A program made the translations under genes and the position numbers. DNA of 62,689 bases, filler included, from Sphacelaria rigidula (lineage: Eukaryota), in NCBI GenBank assembly GCA_964200075.2. It is 11 parts of 11 records of this genome, joined end to end, with 100 filler letters (N's around TTAATTAATTAA, not from the genome) between each part and the next. Parts side by side here need not be neighbours in the genome. Positions count along the whole stretch, not along the records: positions 39,958 to 45,565 come from CAXNAA020025906.1; positions 45,666 to 51,273 come from CAXNAA020025907.1; positions 51,374 to 56,981 come from CAXNAA020025908.1; positions 57,082 to 62,689 come from CAXNAA020025909.1; 7 more parts are not named here. The stretch is one strand, 5' to 3'. Positions 45,204 through 57,248 of the stretch are shown piece by piece (positions within the stretch are counted from its first letter, which is position 1; each line of letters starts with the position of its first letter). A model generated the notes under the pieces. That model saw only the letters and a list, made by a program, of their open reading frames with translations, had not been told where the DNA came from and did not search any database.

Positions 45204-47688
45204 GTGTATGTGGGAAGGTAGTTTCATCAATACACCTCTGCACCAGCGATACATCGGCGAAGCGAATGTACGAGGGTGTATTGGTGCCATTGCTGGCGCA
45301 GCCGCCAAGCGAAGACACAGCCCTGAACAAGATGTCTACACGAAGCTGGTGAGCGAAGGCCCCGCCCGCCGGATGCATCAAAAGTACGCGTGTCGGCTTC
45401 ATCCCTTTCTTGAATCGACCTTCTCATTGACCCCCCTTCAACGAGAGCGACTCACTGCGTAAGCTAGGCAACCAGGTTACCGCTTTTTTTGCGCGCTTGC
45501 GTTTTTTTCGCGGTAACTATGATGGTGGTCGAGCTATATCATGTTGTGCGGCGTGGGAGAACCTCNNNNNNNNNNNNNNNNNNNNNNNNNNNNNNNNNNN
45601 NNNNNNNNNTTAATTAATTAANNNNNNNNNNNNNNNNNNNNNNNNNNNNNNNNNNNNNNNNNNNNAAGGGTGAGCTGCATCCTGCCAAGATTGTTCGGTC
45701 CGAAGCCTACTGATGATCGTGCATTTGGATGACAGCCTACAATGAGTCGGTTCAATTTCTGGTATCGCCACTTCCAGAAACAGCCACGGCTTATGCACTG
45801 TCTTATGGATGTCCCACCATATGGGCGGGGGGGCATGAATTTAAAGACAAGTAGTCACATGAAAAAAAAAAAAAAATCACGCAAAGGCTGCGGTATATTC
45901 AGGAGCCAATGCTTCCTGGTGATTTATAATTTCTGGAAGGCTCGCAACGTGGCAGCCCTTCTGGAAAAAAGACACAGAAGCGAGTCTTGGCTGTAAAACT
46001 GCTTAACATCCTTTGAAGCCCGTAGCACCTCTGCAATCGAAGGTCCTGAGACCTTATAGTTTTCACGACACGCATCTGTGCACGCTGCAACCCTCCAAGA
46101 CACAACACGCCGTTCGACCTTCACCGATAAAAATGTCTGCCTCTCACCCCCGCCCTCCCTCTGCTCTGGTGGTGCTCATGTGAATGGAAGCGCTTCTCGA
46201 TTTCGCGTATCGCCCCAAATAACCACGGACTGCCTGATTGCGTGCAGATACTAAGACGCGCAAGCTTGCGTCGTGTACGTGTGCACTTATCGTCTTTGAA
46301 AGGAGTGCCCTGCATTGTTCGATTCACACAGGTTGCGTTTTCGCTTGCCGTATACATTCTTTGTCCCTAACCGAACACAAGAGGCGGGTTAAGCGATAAA
46401 ACTCGACCTCTCAGTACCTGGATGCATCTGGAAAACAGTACAAGACCGAAAAGGCAGCGAGGCGGAAAACTGCGGAAGAAGTACATCCTACACCTCCCGA
46501 TATATTTCAGAGTGAGTCATTCTTGTGGTCAAACTTCCATCGCAAATCGGTTATGTGTACACGTTCAACTAGCAAGGTTGACCTGTTGAGTCTCGAACTT
46601 GCTCATGATTAACCGAGCATCGCTGCTCGGTTAAGTGCGCCTGTCGGGCACGTGGCCTCGCACACTTACAGAATACCAACGGAGTTCGTGTGGGTGCCCA
46701 CAGTTTCTCTGGCAATGGAGGAAGACGAACATAACTATTCTCCGCAAGTTTTCGGGAGGTTTCCGCACAAGTGGCACAGCGTCTTTTTCTACCAGTGCAA
46801 GAGCTGTCGGAAAAACTCATCGTGGTCTCTTGTTGCGGCAGGCGACATATATAAGTCCTGCTCCCCTCAAAATGCGCGTAGGTATTGAATACCGTTTTTC
46901 GTGAAAACGGCTAAGTGGGAAAAAATTCCACCCTGCTCCCACGCTGTACACCACTCAAGGAATGCAGGTGACCAAGCAGTCGATGAGAGCAATTGATGAA
47001 TTGATCGATTATCGCGCATTAGGTGATCCCCTACGAGTCATGATCGAGCCGTGGTCGCTATCCACAAAATAAACCTACCCAAGGTGAACAAAGCGGAAAG
47101 GTTCGCCACCGTCAAAGAAAACTCGAGAATGGGAGAAGACGGCAGCAGAAAGCAGGAGGAGTATCGGGGTTTGAGAGACCGCCGAATGCCTTCATGCTTC
47201 GTACGTGGACTACCGAAACGTTTCATCACTCGCATAGATAACCCTACCGCACGTCACAGCACAACACTAGTAGGCGAAGCCCAAAATTTTATCACACGGG
47301 GGTGTCATTAAAGAGGAAGGTGACACACACGGTACCCCAGCACAGTACCTCACGTCTCGGTTTTGCGCCGAAAATAGCCGAAAACGTGTCCCTTGGGGGG
47401 TGTTATTCAGCGTACGCGTGCCATACTGTGTAACACATCGTACAATGAACAAGCTCGGGAGTAAAGGAGTAAAATTGCATGTTTTTCAAGTTTCGTGCGC
47501 GGACTGGGTAGGCTCCAGCTACTACAGTGTCCACCAAAAGATGTCAGCAATGCAACTGCAACACCATATTGTAGGAACGGGACGGCGATGAAACTCAAAT
47601 TGGCGGCCCGTACTCATTACGCACAAGTGACCGACTTGTGTTTCTGACAAAAGAATCAGACATGAGGAACAAGATCGCATTACAATAC

Positions 47689-48457
47689 CTCGCGCGCCTC
47701 CGCTTCTGCCTTAAGTCTCTTGCCCTCGGCCAAGGCAGACTCCAGCGCCGAGTTCGTCGCCGCTGCCAGTCTGTCCGTCTCGACTCGCGCCTCCTGCTCC
47801 GCCTTCTCCGCAGCACACGCGCGTTGGCGCATCTCCACCGTCTCAGCCTGCAGCCTCCCGAACAGCTCACCTTCCCTCTCCGTCAGCTCCGATTTTTTTA
47901 CCCCAAGAGATGACGAAAGCATCAACGTGGCGTCTATTCCCTCGTCAAAGCCGTCGTCTTCGTCTCCCCGTACGTCTCCATCTTGGACGTCTTTATCTAC
48001 GGCGAAGGTAACCGTTGCAGAGCCCGCGCCGTAATCCTTGGCAGAGTTTTCCCGGCGATGACGACTGCTGTTCACCCTCAAGGCTGACGTCTTTTTCGCT
48101 CCCACTTTACGCTTATCAGTTGCATCATCATATCCGATGGATGCCGTAGCAACAGACGTCGTCGGAGATGATGGGCCACGCGACGATTGTTTGCGCATCA
48201 TCCCACCCCCACCCCTCGCTTGCCGCTGTCGCCGACGGCAAAGCTTCTCCGTGTAACGTTCTCTGTCCCGTTCGACCCGCCGCGCTTCCTCCACGACCCT
48301 CCCCGCCTCTGAACGCCGCTCCAACGCACGCGCGCGCTCTCGTGCCAGTTGTACCCTAAGGGTTCCCACCTTCCCTTCCAAAGTGGCCTTGCTGCAGACG
48401 GCCTCGTCAAAAGCGCGAGTCGCTGCCACCGTGTGTATTTCTCCCGTGTCTCGGCGA

Positions 48458-48496
<39 letters not shown>

Positions 48497-48774
48497 GCGG
48501 TGGCGGTGACGAAACTTGAAGAGGCGACAGAGTCTTCAAAGGCGGCTGGCACGTCCGCGTCCGTGGGTGCACGAAGATCAGAGGCGGTTGTGCGCGCAGC
48601 GTAGAGAATGATCGTGTGAAACGCCCGGGTCAAACCGTCGCGTCGCTTTCTCGCAGCTGCGCGGCAGATGAGGGAGTGTACGAGCGCCCGGCGATGGAGA
48701 AGGGAAGACCAAGCTGAGAAGCAGCGTGCCATGGTGTCTCGATTTCTTCGCCGAGAGGCGACAGCGGCCCAAGC
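47689..48774 (-). CDS. Exon of an Sfi1-like repeat / coiled-coil protein
   Basis: gttcag|AWAAVASRRR...ARCFSAW...coiled coil...EAEARE|gtattg. 362 codons, phase 0. Confidence 0.75.
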
Positions 48775-49218
48775 CTGAACCAATACAAGAGAACCGCGGG
48801 AGGGGCGAAGGAGGATGTGGATATTTTGAAGAACAGTAGTGTAACCAGAAAAGTGGAAACTTCGACACGTGTCAGTTATGTTCTGAACTGTGGTTCTGCT
48901 CGCTCTCGTGGAGAGCAAAGTCAACTCAATCGCTAACTCTCTGCCCAGCATTCGTACTTCCAGGGAACATATAGTTAGCACATGCGGGTGATTGACCTGT
49001 AATACACCCGTCGACCGGAAAAAATATCCACTTATATTCCTCCATCATTCGTCTTCGTCTTCGTCTTCGTCTTCGCCTTCCACTTCGCACTCGCATTCGC
49101 ATCCACAAGCCAAACCACCTTGCAACGCAACGCACTACCATGCATCGTCTCAAGCGTAGTATCTTCAAAATCTTCAAGACTTGAGTACGTAATGTCGAGT
49201 ACGAAATACAAATCTCAC

Positions 49219-49609
49219 CGTGATTCTGCAGTTCCTGAGAGTCACCTCCCGAACCAGCACCATCCCAGCTTGCCAACGGCGGCACGCCATCGTCAGCTCC
49301 GCCATCTCACGGCCCCTAACCAGCAACGCCACACCGCGGCGAAAAACTCGCCTTCGTCGAACCACGCCGGCCCACGCCCGAAAATGTCCACGGACAAACC
49401 GGTCGTACCAGTGCTCCAGTGCGGCCGCAGTCTGGTCCAACTCTAAAGTCGCTGCCGCCGCTTGCGACGCCCATCGCACGCAACTCCTCCGCGTGAGGAT
49501 AGTGGTAAGGACGGATACTAGAGATAGGGCACTTCGTCGGCGGTGTGCCCGCACCGATGCGACCATGGACCAGGCGTGTAGGACCCGTCTACCAAGGGAG
49601 ACGACATAC
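49219..49609 (-). CDS. Exon of the Sfi1-like repeat protein
   Basis: gtgtag|...RRVLHAW...VRGHFRAW...MACRRW...RIT|gtgaga. Phases 2/0 fit both neighbours. Periodic F/L..W motifs in Arg-rich helices resemble centrin-binding repeats. Confidence 0.75.
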
Positions 49610-50545
49610 CTACACGATTGCCCATGGTTGTGCACGAAGCGAACGAAAAAAGCGAGCATGCACGGTTTGACCAAGTTATGGTTACACACAGTTTTTACCG
49701 CTCCTGACCACGGACTGCATTGTTGCAATCAGCTCATGTGAGATAACCAATCGATCAATCAATCAATCAACAGTGTGTGGAATGAGGTTGGTTGGATCGC
49801 GGGGGACACGGCATTACGTGGTTGCGGAATTTGGTGTGTTCAGCTGGAACAAGAGCATGATGCGCTCAATACGCTATTTTGGTAGTTACGTGTGCACGTC
49901 CCTACTCTGCAAGCTAATGTCGGTACAGACTCTCGCAGAACACTACAGCGTGGCTGTGACGACTCACCACAGTGCCCGCCAACATATCAACATACCAGAG
50001 ACAGGAACCATGGCAGCCAAGTGAACGGCACAATGCCAACCGAGAGGGTGAAAACATGCCACGGGGGACGCGAGACTTCCGCTCATACGCGTGTTCCACG
50101 GCAGAAAATAAAATTGGGGGGGGGGGGGGGGGGGGGGGAGTTATTTTTAAAAACAAAAAAGGGGGCCAAAAGAGAAAAAAACACGAACAACCAAAANNNN
50201 NNNNNNCAGCAGCCGGACAGAGAGAGAAAGAAAGATGGGGGGGGGGGGGGGGGCGGGAGGCGATTATTGTTTAAACCATCAAATGGGCCATCAACGGACA
50301 AAAAACGGACAGACCTAGCATCTTTTCGTGGGGGTTGTGGGCGCGGTGTAAGTTCCGAAAGGCCTTGAAAATGACGACACATACACACGGTGAACGTCTC
50401 GATCATGCAGCGCTAGGGGCTGCAAAATAACTTTCGCGAAACATTCTCGGTCGGTCGTTCCAATCGATCAATGTTTACGTGCAGATCATGCATCGGGACG
50501 CGTATACGCCCACAGCCAAAACCAGTCACCGACAGCGTATCGCAC

Positions 50546-50727
50546 CTTCCACGCGTCTGCGCCGCGATTTCGCGCGTCAACCGCACTTCCCTCACCCGGC
50601 GATCCCACACCCGTAGCGCCCGGCGCTGGCGAGCCGTTCTCGCGAGTGCGCAGCACTGCCAGTATCGTTTCCACCACCGGAGGGTGGCAAGGGCTTTGGT
50701 TTCAAAGCGTCGGCGCCGAGCGAGGGC
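50546..50727 (-). CDS. Exon of the Sfi1-like repeat protein
   Basis: ctgcag|ALARRRRFETKALATLRWWKRYW...RRALRVW...RG(R)|gtgcga. Ends in phase 2. Confidence 0.7.
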
Positions 50728-51173
50728 CTGCAGTGGCGAAGGTCGTGGCATGTTGCGTGTCGTACCAAAATCAATATTCTGATCATCACGGCGCAAAACG
50801 CTGTGACTATGCTTATTCATGTTGCGTTTGTTGGTTTTGTAAGCAAGGGGAGAGTGTCTGCTGTCTTTCTCAGGTCAGCGTGTCGATAGTGCCAAATCCA
50901 TCGTTTCTATTGTGTCTCTCTTTCGTTTTTACTGTTACTCGCGTGAATGCGCAGCGAATGGCATTATCATCACACATGACGACACCCTTTGTAACCGGAT
51001 CGTCTCACTCCTCAGCATATCTTCAGTCTTGCGAACCGCCGTGTGAACTTTGATTGGGCGAACAGCATGAAGGTAACCTAATCAATGGATACGGCTCTTT
51101 AGGAGGCAAGCGGAGAACAGAGGGCGAAGCGCGGCAAGTTAAACTGAGTTAGCTGGGCTTTTTAATTGAAAAC

Positions 51174-51273
51174 GGGAGGGGGGGTGTACTCATGATCATG
51201 CATGCTGACCATTGACCTCGCATCCCTACGATGCCGGGACGGAGCACACCGGGTTCTCGCCGGACCAGGCTCG
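51174..51273 (-). mobile_element. Poly(C) LINE 3' end, subfamily 2, at a contig end
   Basis: GGGGGGGTGTACTCATGATCATGCATGCTGACCATTGACCTCGCATCCCTACGATGCCGGGACGG on the + strand. Confidence 0.8.
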
Positions 51274-51483
51274 NNNNNNNNNNNNNNNNNNNNNNNNNNN
51301 NNNNNNNNNNNNNNNNNTTAATTAATTAANNNNNNNNNNNNNNNNNNNNNNNNNNNNNNNNNNNNNNNNNNNNGTACTCCAGAAAAACTCAGAAAAAAGG
51401 ACAACTACGAATTCTGAAAACTTCTGATGCTGACTACTTTACTTACTGGGTGTTGGATATACAGGTCTTCCATGATTCTGTAC

Positions 51484-51616
51484 CTGCCGAAAAAACTCTC
51501 GAATCAGAGTACCCTCATGCCCCTCTGCTAACAGCACCACAATCGCAGCTCCTCTGTCGCGCAGCGCTTGCAGCGCGGACTTGAAGTTCGACCCCGCATT
51601 CGTTGAAATCACCGTG
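51484..51616 (-). CDS. Isolated exon, possibly from a periplasmic-binding / ANF-receptor-like domain
   Basis: ctcacag|TVISTNAGSNFKSALQALRDRGAAIVVLLAEGHEGTLIREFFRQ|gtacag. Good splice sites and a helix-strand-helix pattern. Confidence 0.45.
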
Positions 51617-51697
51617 CTGTGAGAGCGAGTGAACAACAATAACAAAAGCAACAAGAACAACAACAGCCAACAACCGGCAACACACACAAACAGCAAA

Positions 51698-51737
<40 letters not shown>

Positions 51738-51844
51738 AGAATAATTCAAAGATCGCACGCTTCCACACACCTCAAACCAGTGAGCAGTGTCGCGATAGCC
51801 CTGCCTCCTAATCAGCCCCAAAACGGCCAGGAAGAAAATGGCCA

Positions 51845-51892
<48 letters not shown>

Positions 51893-51951
51893 GTCCCATC
51901 TATTCTGGACGCCGATCTACACCTTTCCCGTCGGCGATACATTTCTGAACG

Positions 51952-52326
51952 ATACAACAGACCGGCCACACTAGTGTTTGAATCTTTTTTCAAATGCCCA
52001 AATATCAAAAATCGATCAAGTGCCAGGGACTACTGTACTACTCAGACTGCTGGCGTGTCGCTGACTGGTCAACTGGTCTCGAGTGATACTGTCTGCTTCT
52101 TCGGTGCTCTTGCACCAGTCCAGTCTCACCCGCTTGAACCAACTCTGGGGCGTTTGCGCCTTGGACACGCGATCCCTTATATCTTATTTCAACTTCGGCA
52201 TACGCCAGAGTACATCCCTTATAATTCGTCATCCGCCAACCCAAACCTCGTATTCATACTGAATACACCCAATACAACAGACTGGCCACACTAGTATTTG
52301 AATATTTTTTCAAACGCCCAAATATC
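51952..52326. repeat. ~55-bp direct repeat pair, 320 bp apart
   Basis: ATACAACAGAC(C/T)GGCCACACTAGT(G/A)TTTGAAT.TTTTTTCAAA(T/C)GCCCAAATATC at 51952 and 52272. Confidence 0.8.
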
Positions 52327-53202
52327 CATATTTCGAAAGTCCGTTTTACTGCAACCGGTCCGTTCGCATACACTATAAAAGAACAATACTTTCGCTCTCG
52401 TCTAGCAGCTAGAGTTCATTGCTCACGACAAGAGCATATAACGATAAGCTGTTACTCAGGTCGGAAGCTCAAACTGATCCGCCATCCGTCAACCACACAC
52501 GACGGTAGGCCTGAAATTTTGGGCGTAGATCTATGGTTGACAGCACGACTGCTTGATTTTAGACTTGAGAAAGTTGTGAGGAAAATTACGGTTTGGGGCA
52601 GGTGAGCAGTGGACCCAGCTCGTCCAGAACGTGTTTTGTCGAACTCGTCGCCTGCGGCGTCGATTTGAGGTCTGCCAACGCACACCTTGTCTAGGGAAAC
52701 ATATGCACCCCCCCGTGCCCCAGGGTTTGGTATGCCTTGGGTCGGGGTTACGACTAGGGATGGCGTTACTGTAACTCTTAGTTTGTTCGAAAAAATTAAC
52801 CATAGATCTATGCCCAAAACTTTGCGTTGCCATACACGCGAATCGATAGTCTAACGGACCACCAAGAGAGCCCACATGAGAGTGACCTACTCGGGAAGTC
52901 TCACGTTGCAGGAACATTCTGTCGTCCTGAACACATGTGTGGGGGCATGAAAAATAATAACAATAAAAAAATATGTTCAGCCGTCCTTCGGCACAAACAA
53001 GAGTGTCATGCATGACGTACAGTACTCGTCTGTTGTATGAAATGCATCAGGGTACGCAGGAAATTAATATGACACCTTGGATGATGAGGGTTGCGCATGG
53101 GCTGTAATAGTAGGGGGGAAATGTTCTGCGGCAAGTATCAAGCCTATTACCTGTTGCTAATGGGTGGTGCCTTAATGAACAAAAACGTGCTGTACAGAGA
53201 GT

Positions 53203-53520
53203 GTCGCACACCCGGTTGGCTCAATTTGTAACCTCGAAAACTTTCACTTCTGACGGTTGGGTTGCGGGTTCGAATCTTGGTGCACGATCTGGGATTTTTT
53301 CTCACACCGTACAGTGTCGAACACAGTCAGTAGTGGAGAGCGACCATGTGGTGGGTACACAAAATTCGACTCCATCATGGAGGACGATGGGGTACTACAA
53401 CAAAATAAAACAGGAAAAAATCCTGTGTTAGCCTCCTGTGTGATCCCGGCTGATACGCCCTCACATCCCGAAAGGCGCATACAGGCGTACAGAGTAGATG
53501 GGGATGACAACACACACAGC
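53203..53520 (+). mobile_element. tRNA-derived SINE, family B
   Basis: A box TGGCTCAATTTG, B box GGTTCGAATC, ends GATGGGGATGACAACACACACA. Confidence 0.8.
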
Positions 53521-53644
53521 ACTTTCCTAGTATTTGATACTACACTCAGTAGTTTTCGATCAAGTAACGACCGAACTGCAGAAGTTATCGGCAAAACAGG
53601 ACTGTCCTTCGGACATACACGAGGCTGATTGTTTTCCATCTCAC

Positions 53645-54415
53645 CTCGTCAACCCTCTCCGCCGCGCGCCACTCCAGCGTCAGCTTCCACCTCCGTGCCG
53701 CCTCTACGGGATCACCCTTGCAACCCCGCAGGTATCTGTCAGGCACCTCCGTGCCACACGAATCACGCGCAACTGATCCGCCTCCAACCTCAACAACCTC
53801 AGCGGGACCCTGCTTGTTACGACGAGTGTCACTGTCAGAAACATCAGCGGAAGTAAGTCCATGCTGCTGCTGCTTCTCACGTCCCGGAGATGAACAGGGC
53901 GTCATTTGTCGTTGTCGAGCGCCGCTGCAACAAAAAATTTCATCGATATCGTGATCGTCATCCTCGACCACCACCGTGGCGGGCGTCACCGGCGCACCAT
54001 TGCCAACAGGCTCCGTTGTCAGCAGCTTCCTTTCCATCGCGGTCCTGTTGTCGAAAATCCGGGCTGTGACAGATTCCGACTTGGAACTTCGAGGACGAGA
54101 AACAGGACCAGCAGCAGTAGTAGTACCCGATATTCCGCCTTTGAGAGAGTGGCGATAGCGCCGCCAGATGAAGAAAAACAGGGCCACGGCTACGATCACA
54201 GGAATACAGAACAGGTTCTTTGAAACCTGTGCGCTCCACGCGGACTGCAGCGTCGCCTTGCCCTCACCAGTTGCTGTTCCTGCTGCTGATACTGTTCCGG
54301 AGAAAGATGTCAGCTCATCAAGTACCTCGTTATAGACTTCACAAGTCATAGCGCGGAGTGACTCAACAATTGTCTCGCTGCCATCACCGCCGCCGACATC
54401 GTCAACGACGCCCAT
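53645..54415 (-). CDS. First exon of a membrane-anchored CRAL-TRIO/Sec14-family protein
   Basis: ATG at 54415, TM segment LFCIPVIVAVALFFFIW followed by RR, and CRAL-TRIO N-terminal motif VPDRYLRGCKGDPVEAARRWKLTLEWR, then donor gtgaga. Confidence 0.75.
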
Positions 54416-55720
54416 TAGGTTGTTGGTGCCCGCAGCTAGACTACACCTACACCTACGCCTAGAAAGACTTGAACAGAGAAAGAAACTCTGCGTGCGGGTT
54501 CTTGGTTGTGTATGTGACCAGCAGGTGATGAGCAAAAAATGGATTCTCAAAAACATTCTGTGTTTTGTATTGTAATATTCGTATATTCTCATACCCGTAA
54601 TGCTGAATATCTCGAATCGTTCTACACCCGTGTCCGGTTGGCGGTGGAGGAGACCAGCGGGGGAGACCGTTACCACTTCGGCACCAGTGTCAGCTTTTCC
54701 TTATGGATCCTTAGCTTAAGGAGGGTGCTGAATGGTGGGTCTGCCTGGCTTACTGGAACGTGGAGATCGTATCTTCACTAATATCGGATATAAACAACAA
54801 CTGAACAAGTAACGCAAACTTCCGGTGCCGTTCCCGAAGACTACATCGGGCGAGATCGCCACGGTGAGAGAAAACGTCAATTACAGCACAGCACAACTGC
54901 GTACAGTACCGCCAGGGTTCTTATCACCATTCGCCTCACTCGCAAGCAGCAGCGAGAGGGAAAACAAATGCCTCACCACACTACTGCCAGACTTGTTACC
55001 AATCCTTGTGTCGACGTGAAATCAGTAAATATAAGATGGGTACAGGGTACAAAATGCCAGTCAATCAAGTTATTTTGTTTTTTTCAATTTGTACTGATAC
55101 AACGATACTCTGATTAAACGGTGGATAACACCCCCAGAAAATTTTGCTCCTCATCCGTAACTTGTGGCTTTGGTCAGTTTCCCGCCAAATGAAGGACAGA
55201 TTACCCACCTCAATATTGGCCAGGCGCCCATCGGCCTTGCATGTCATGTTTCTCACATCAGATTAATGTTTTTGCCTCGTTGGGAATGTAGTACAGTAAC
55301 CGAATGTTTGATGTGCTGAGAGTTGGAAGATGGCGTGGACACGCTGTCATATCAACACATGGGCAAATCGGAGGTTCAACTCATTGTGTGCAGCACCCCC
55401 CCAAGATATGCAGCCCTCCTCAAGGCGTTTGGCGGCGCGGGCAATGTGAGAGGGGGGGGGCGTGAGCAAAGACCGCTCGTTTCGCCATTGACGCCGCTTT
55501 GCGCTAAAACTGAGCCGTGGCGGCACGAGTAAAAAATCGCTCCACCTCGGCTCTCTCAAATCCGCATCTGTCGTGTCGTTTCGCCTACTGCCTCTTCTGT
55601 ATGCCCCGCGTGCGATGTTCATCTGTGTGCGATCTTTGGTTCACCCCGACCGCTTGTACTGTGTCTACGCGTGCGATGTTAGGGATGCATAATATGGGTA
55701 CTGATCACAATGATGAGATC

Positions 55721-55972
55721 ATGGCGTCGTTTTTGAGGGGGCAGGGGGGGTGCCGGCGCCGACGCGGGCCAGCGGCAATGACACGACGCGCAGGCGGGGG
55801 CACGATATGCGTTTCGGTACTATTGATGCTGGGGTGGGCGGTAGTTGGGTCTCGGGCGATACTGGAGCTCGAGGCGCATCCGGACAGTATCACCAACGAG
55901 CGCACGGCTACATTTACATACGTCTGCACCCAGCTCGATGTTTCCGACGAAACTGCAACCTGCGGCGTCGAG
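55721..55972 (+). CDS. First exon of a putative secreted or cell-surface protein
   Basis: Basic N-region, hydrophobic ICVSVLLMLGWAVVGSRA, then a beta-rich segment HPDSITNERTATFTYVC, then donor gag|gtgtgt. 84 codons. Confidence 0.6.
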
Positions 55973-57084
55973 GTGTGTGCCATAGAGGAGGCGGGAGGAA
56001 GAATGACAGTACTGTTTGTAGCAGCAGATGCACGTACGCGGTTGTGATTGTGGGGAGGAATGTTGTGGGACACTTTATGTGGGAATGGCGTTTTTGTACA
56101 AATAAGTCCAACAGCATCTGGCACTTCGACAGCAGCAACTGGGTAAGTGCAGCGGAGGACTATGCCTGGGCGGATCGCTTCGTGGTCATGGTCCCTCTGT
56201 TTTGTGTGTTGGCGTTTCCCCCGTCTGTGCCGACTGGTTGGAATTGTTCCGAAAATTTCAAGTCTATCACCTTCCTCTTTTCCTTCACTCGCAAATTTCC
56301 GTATAAGGTGAGTACGACACTCAAAAGCCGAAATCGCCGAATATTTTGCGAAGGACGTAGTCTGTGGTAAAACCCCACCAACCCTTTGGCCGCCTGGGGA
56401 GGGTTACCTGGGTCTTACAGGTACCCTCATCTTTTCATGTAAATCAGTGAAACAGTGCCTATCCTACCCGTGGTATTTGTGGTCGGGGGATTGAACAGAG
56501 GTTGTGACAAGCCAGCAACACTCGTCGTGTATCCCTACTCCCGGATTGTTGGGCGGATGCCGTCATTCTGCGAGTCCACTTCGCAGCCTACGAGAGTTAC
56601 TTCTGTAACGTCATCTACACAACGTGTCACAGCAGTAGATGGACGTGAAACCTCACGAAAGACATGTCAAACCTGCCCAAACCACGTAGTTTTTTTGCAA
56701 AAGAACTCGAAACTACGGAGGAATTCCCACACGTTGAGCAAAAACGAATAATCGTTTAGAGCAATACAACAACACTTGCTGTTGGCAGCCTGGGATATGA
56801 ATGAACCAGAGAGACTTGTCACGCGCTCTCGGAAGGGCACGGGGGCTATAAAGCTCAACATATTCTTCCACCAAGCAATTGATGGGTGACGATGGGGTAC
56901 GTGTGAGGTGACTTTACCACTTGGTAGTTGACAGATATTTCTCGGAAATTTATGGTTTGTGCAGGTGCTGATGCATTTCGANNNNNNNNNNNNNNNNNNN
57001 NNNNNNNNNNNNNNNNNNNNNNNNNTTAATTAATTAANNNNNNNNNNNNNNNNNNNNNNNNNNNNNNNNNNNNNNNNNNNNTGA

Positions 57085-57087
<3 letters not shown>

Positions 57088-57129
<42 letters not shown>

Positions 57130-57248
57130 CGGGGGGGGGGGGGGGGGAGGGGGGGGGGGGGTGTACACATGGTTTTGCATGCCATAGTCATAGGACCATT
57201 GACCTCGCATCCCTGCAAAGGCGTGACAGAGCACGCCAGGTTTCGCCT
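57088..57248 (-). mobile_element. Poly(C) LINE 3' end, subfamily 2, with a ~75-nt C-rich tail
   Basis: Long G-run, then TGTACACATGG...GACCATTGACCTCGCATCCC on the + strand, and another G11 run at the other junction. Confidence 0.8.

Noticed and set aside
45236..45322. Additional upstream AAR2 exon
   Set aside because: Splice sites exist, but the most AAR2-like frame (SYIRFADV) and the best donor disagree in phase, so it is not called.
53203..53290. tRNA gene (also at 10070-10148, 37690-37778, 38530-38603)
   Set aside because: No intact cloverleaf, and each head is attached to a repeated body and tail, so these are SINE heads.
54669..54813. snRNA-derived or MITE-like short element bounded by GTTAC...GTAAC
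   Set aside because: Only a 5-bp inverted end, single copy in the window, and no convincing snRNA match.
5610..57081. Exact 5,708-bp periodicity of TTAATTAATTAA
   Set aside because: Artificial linker between size-sorted contigs, not biology. ORFs running into the Ns are artefacts.
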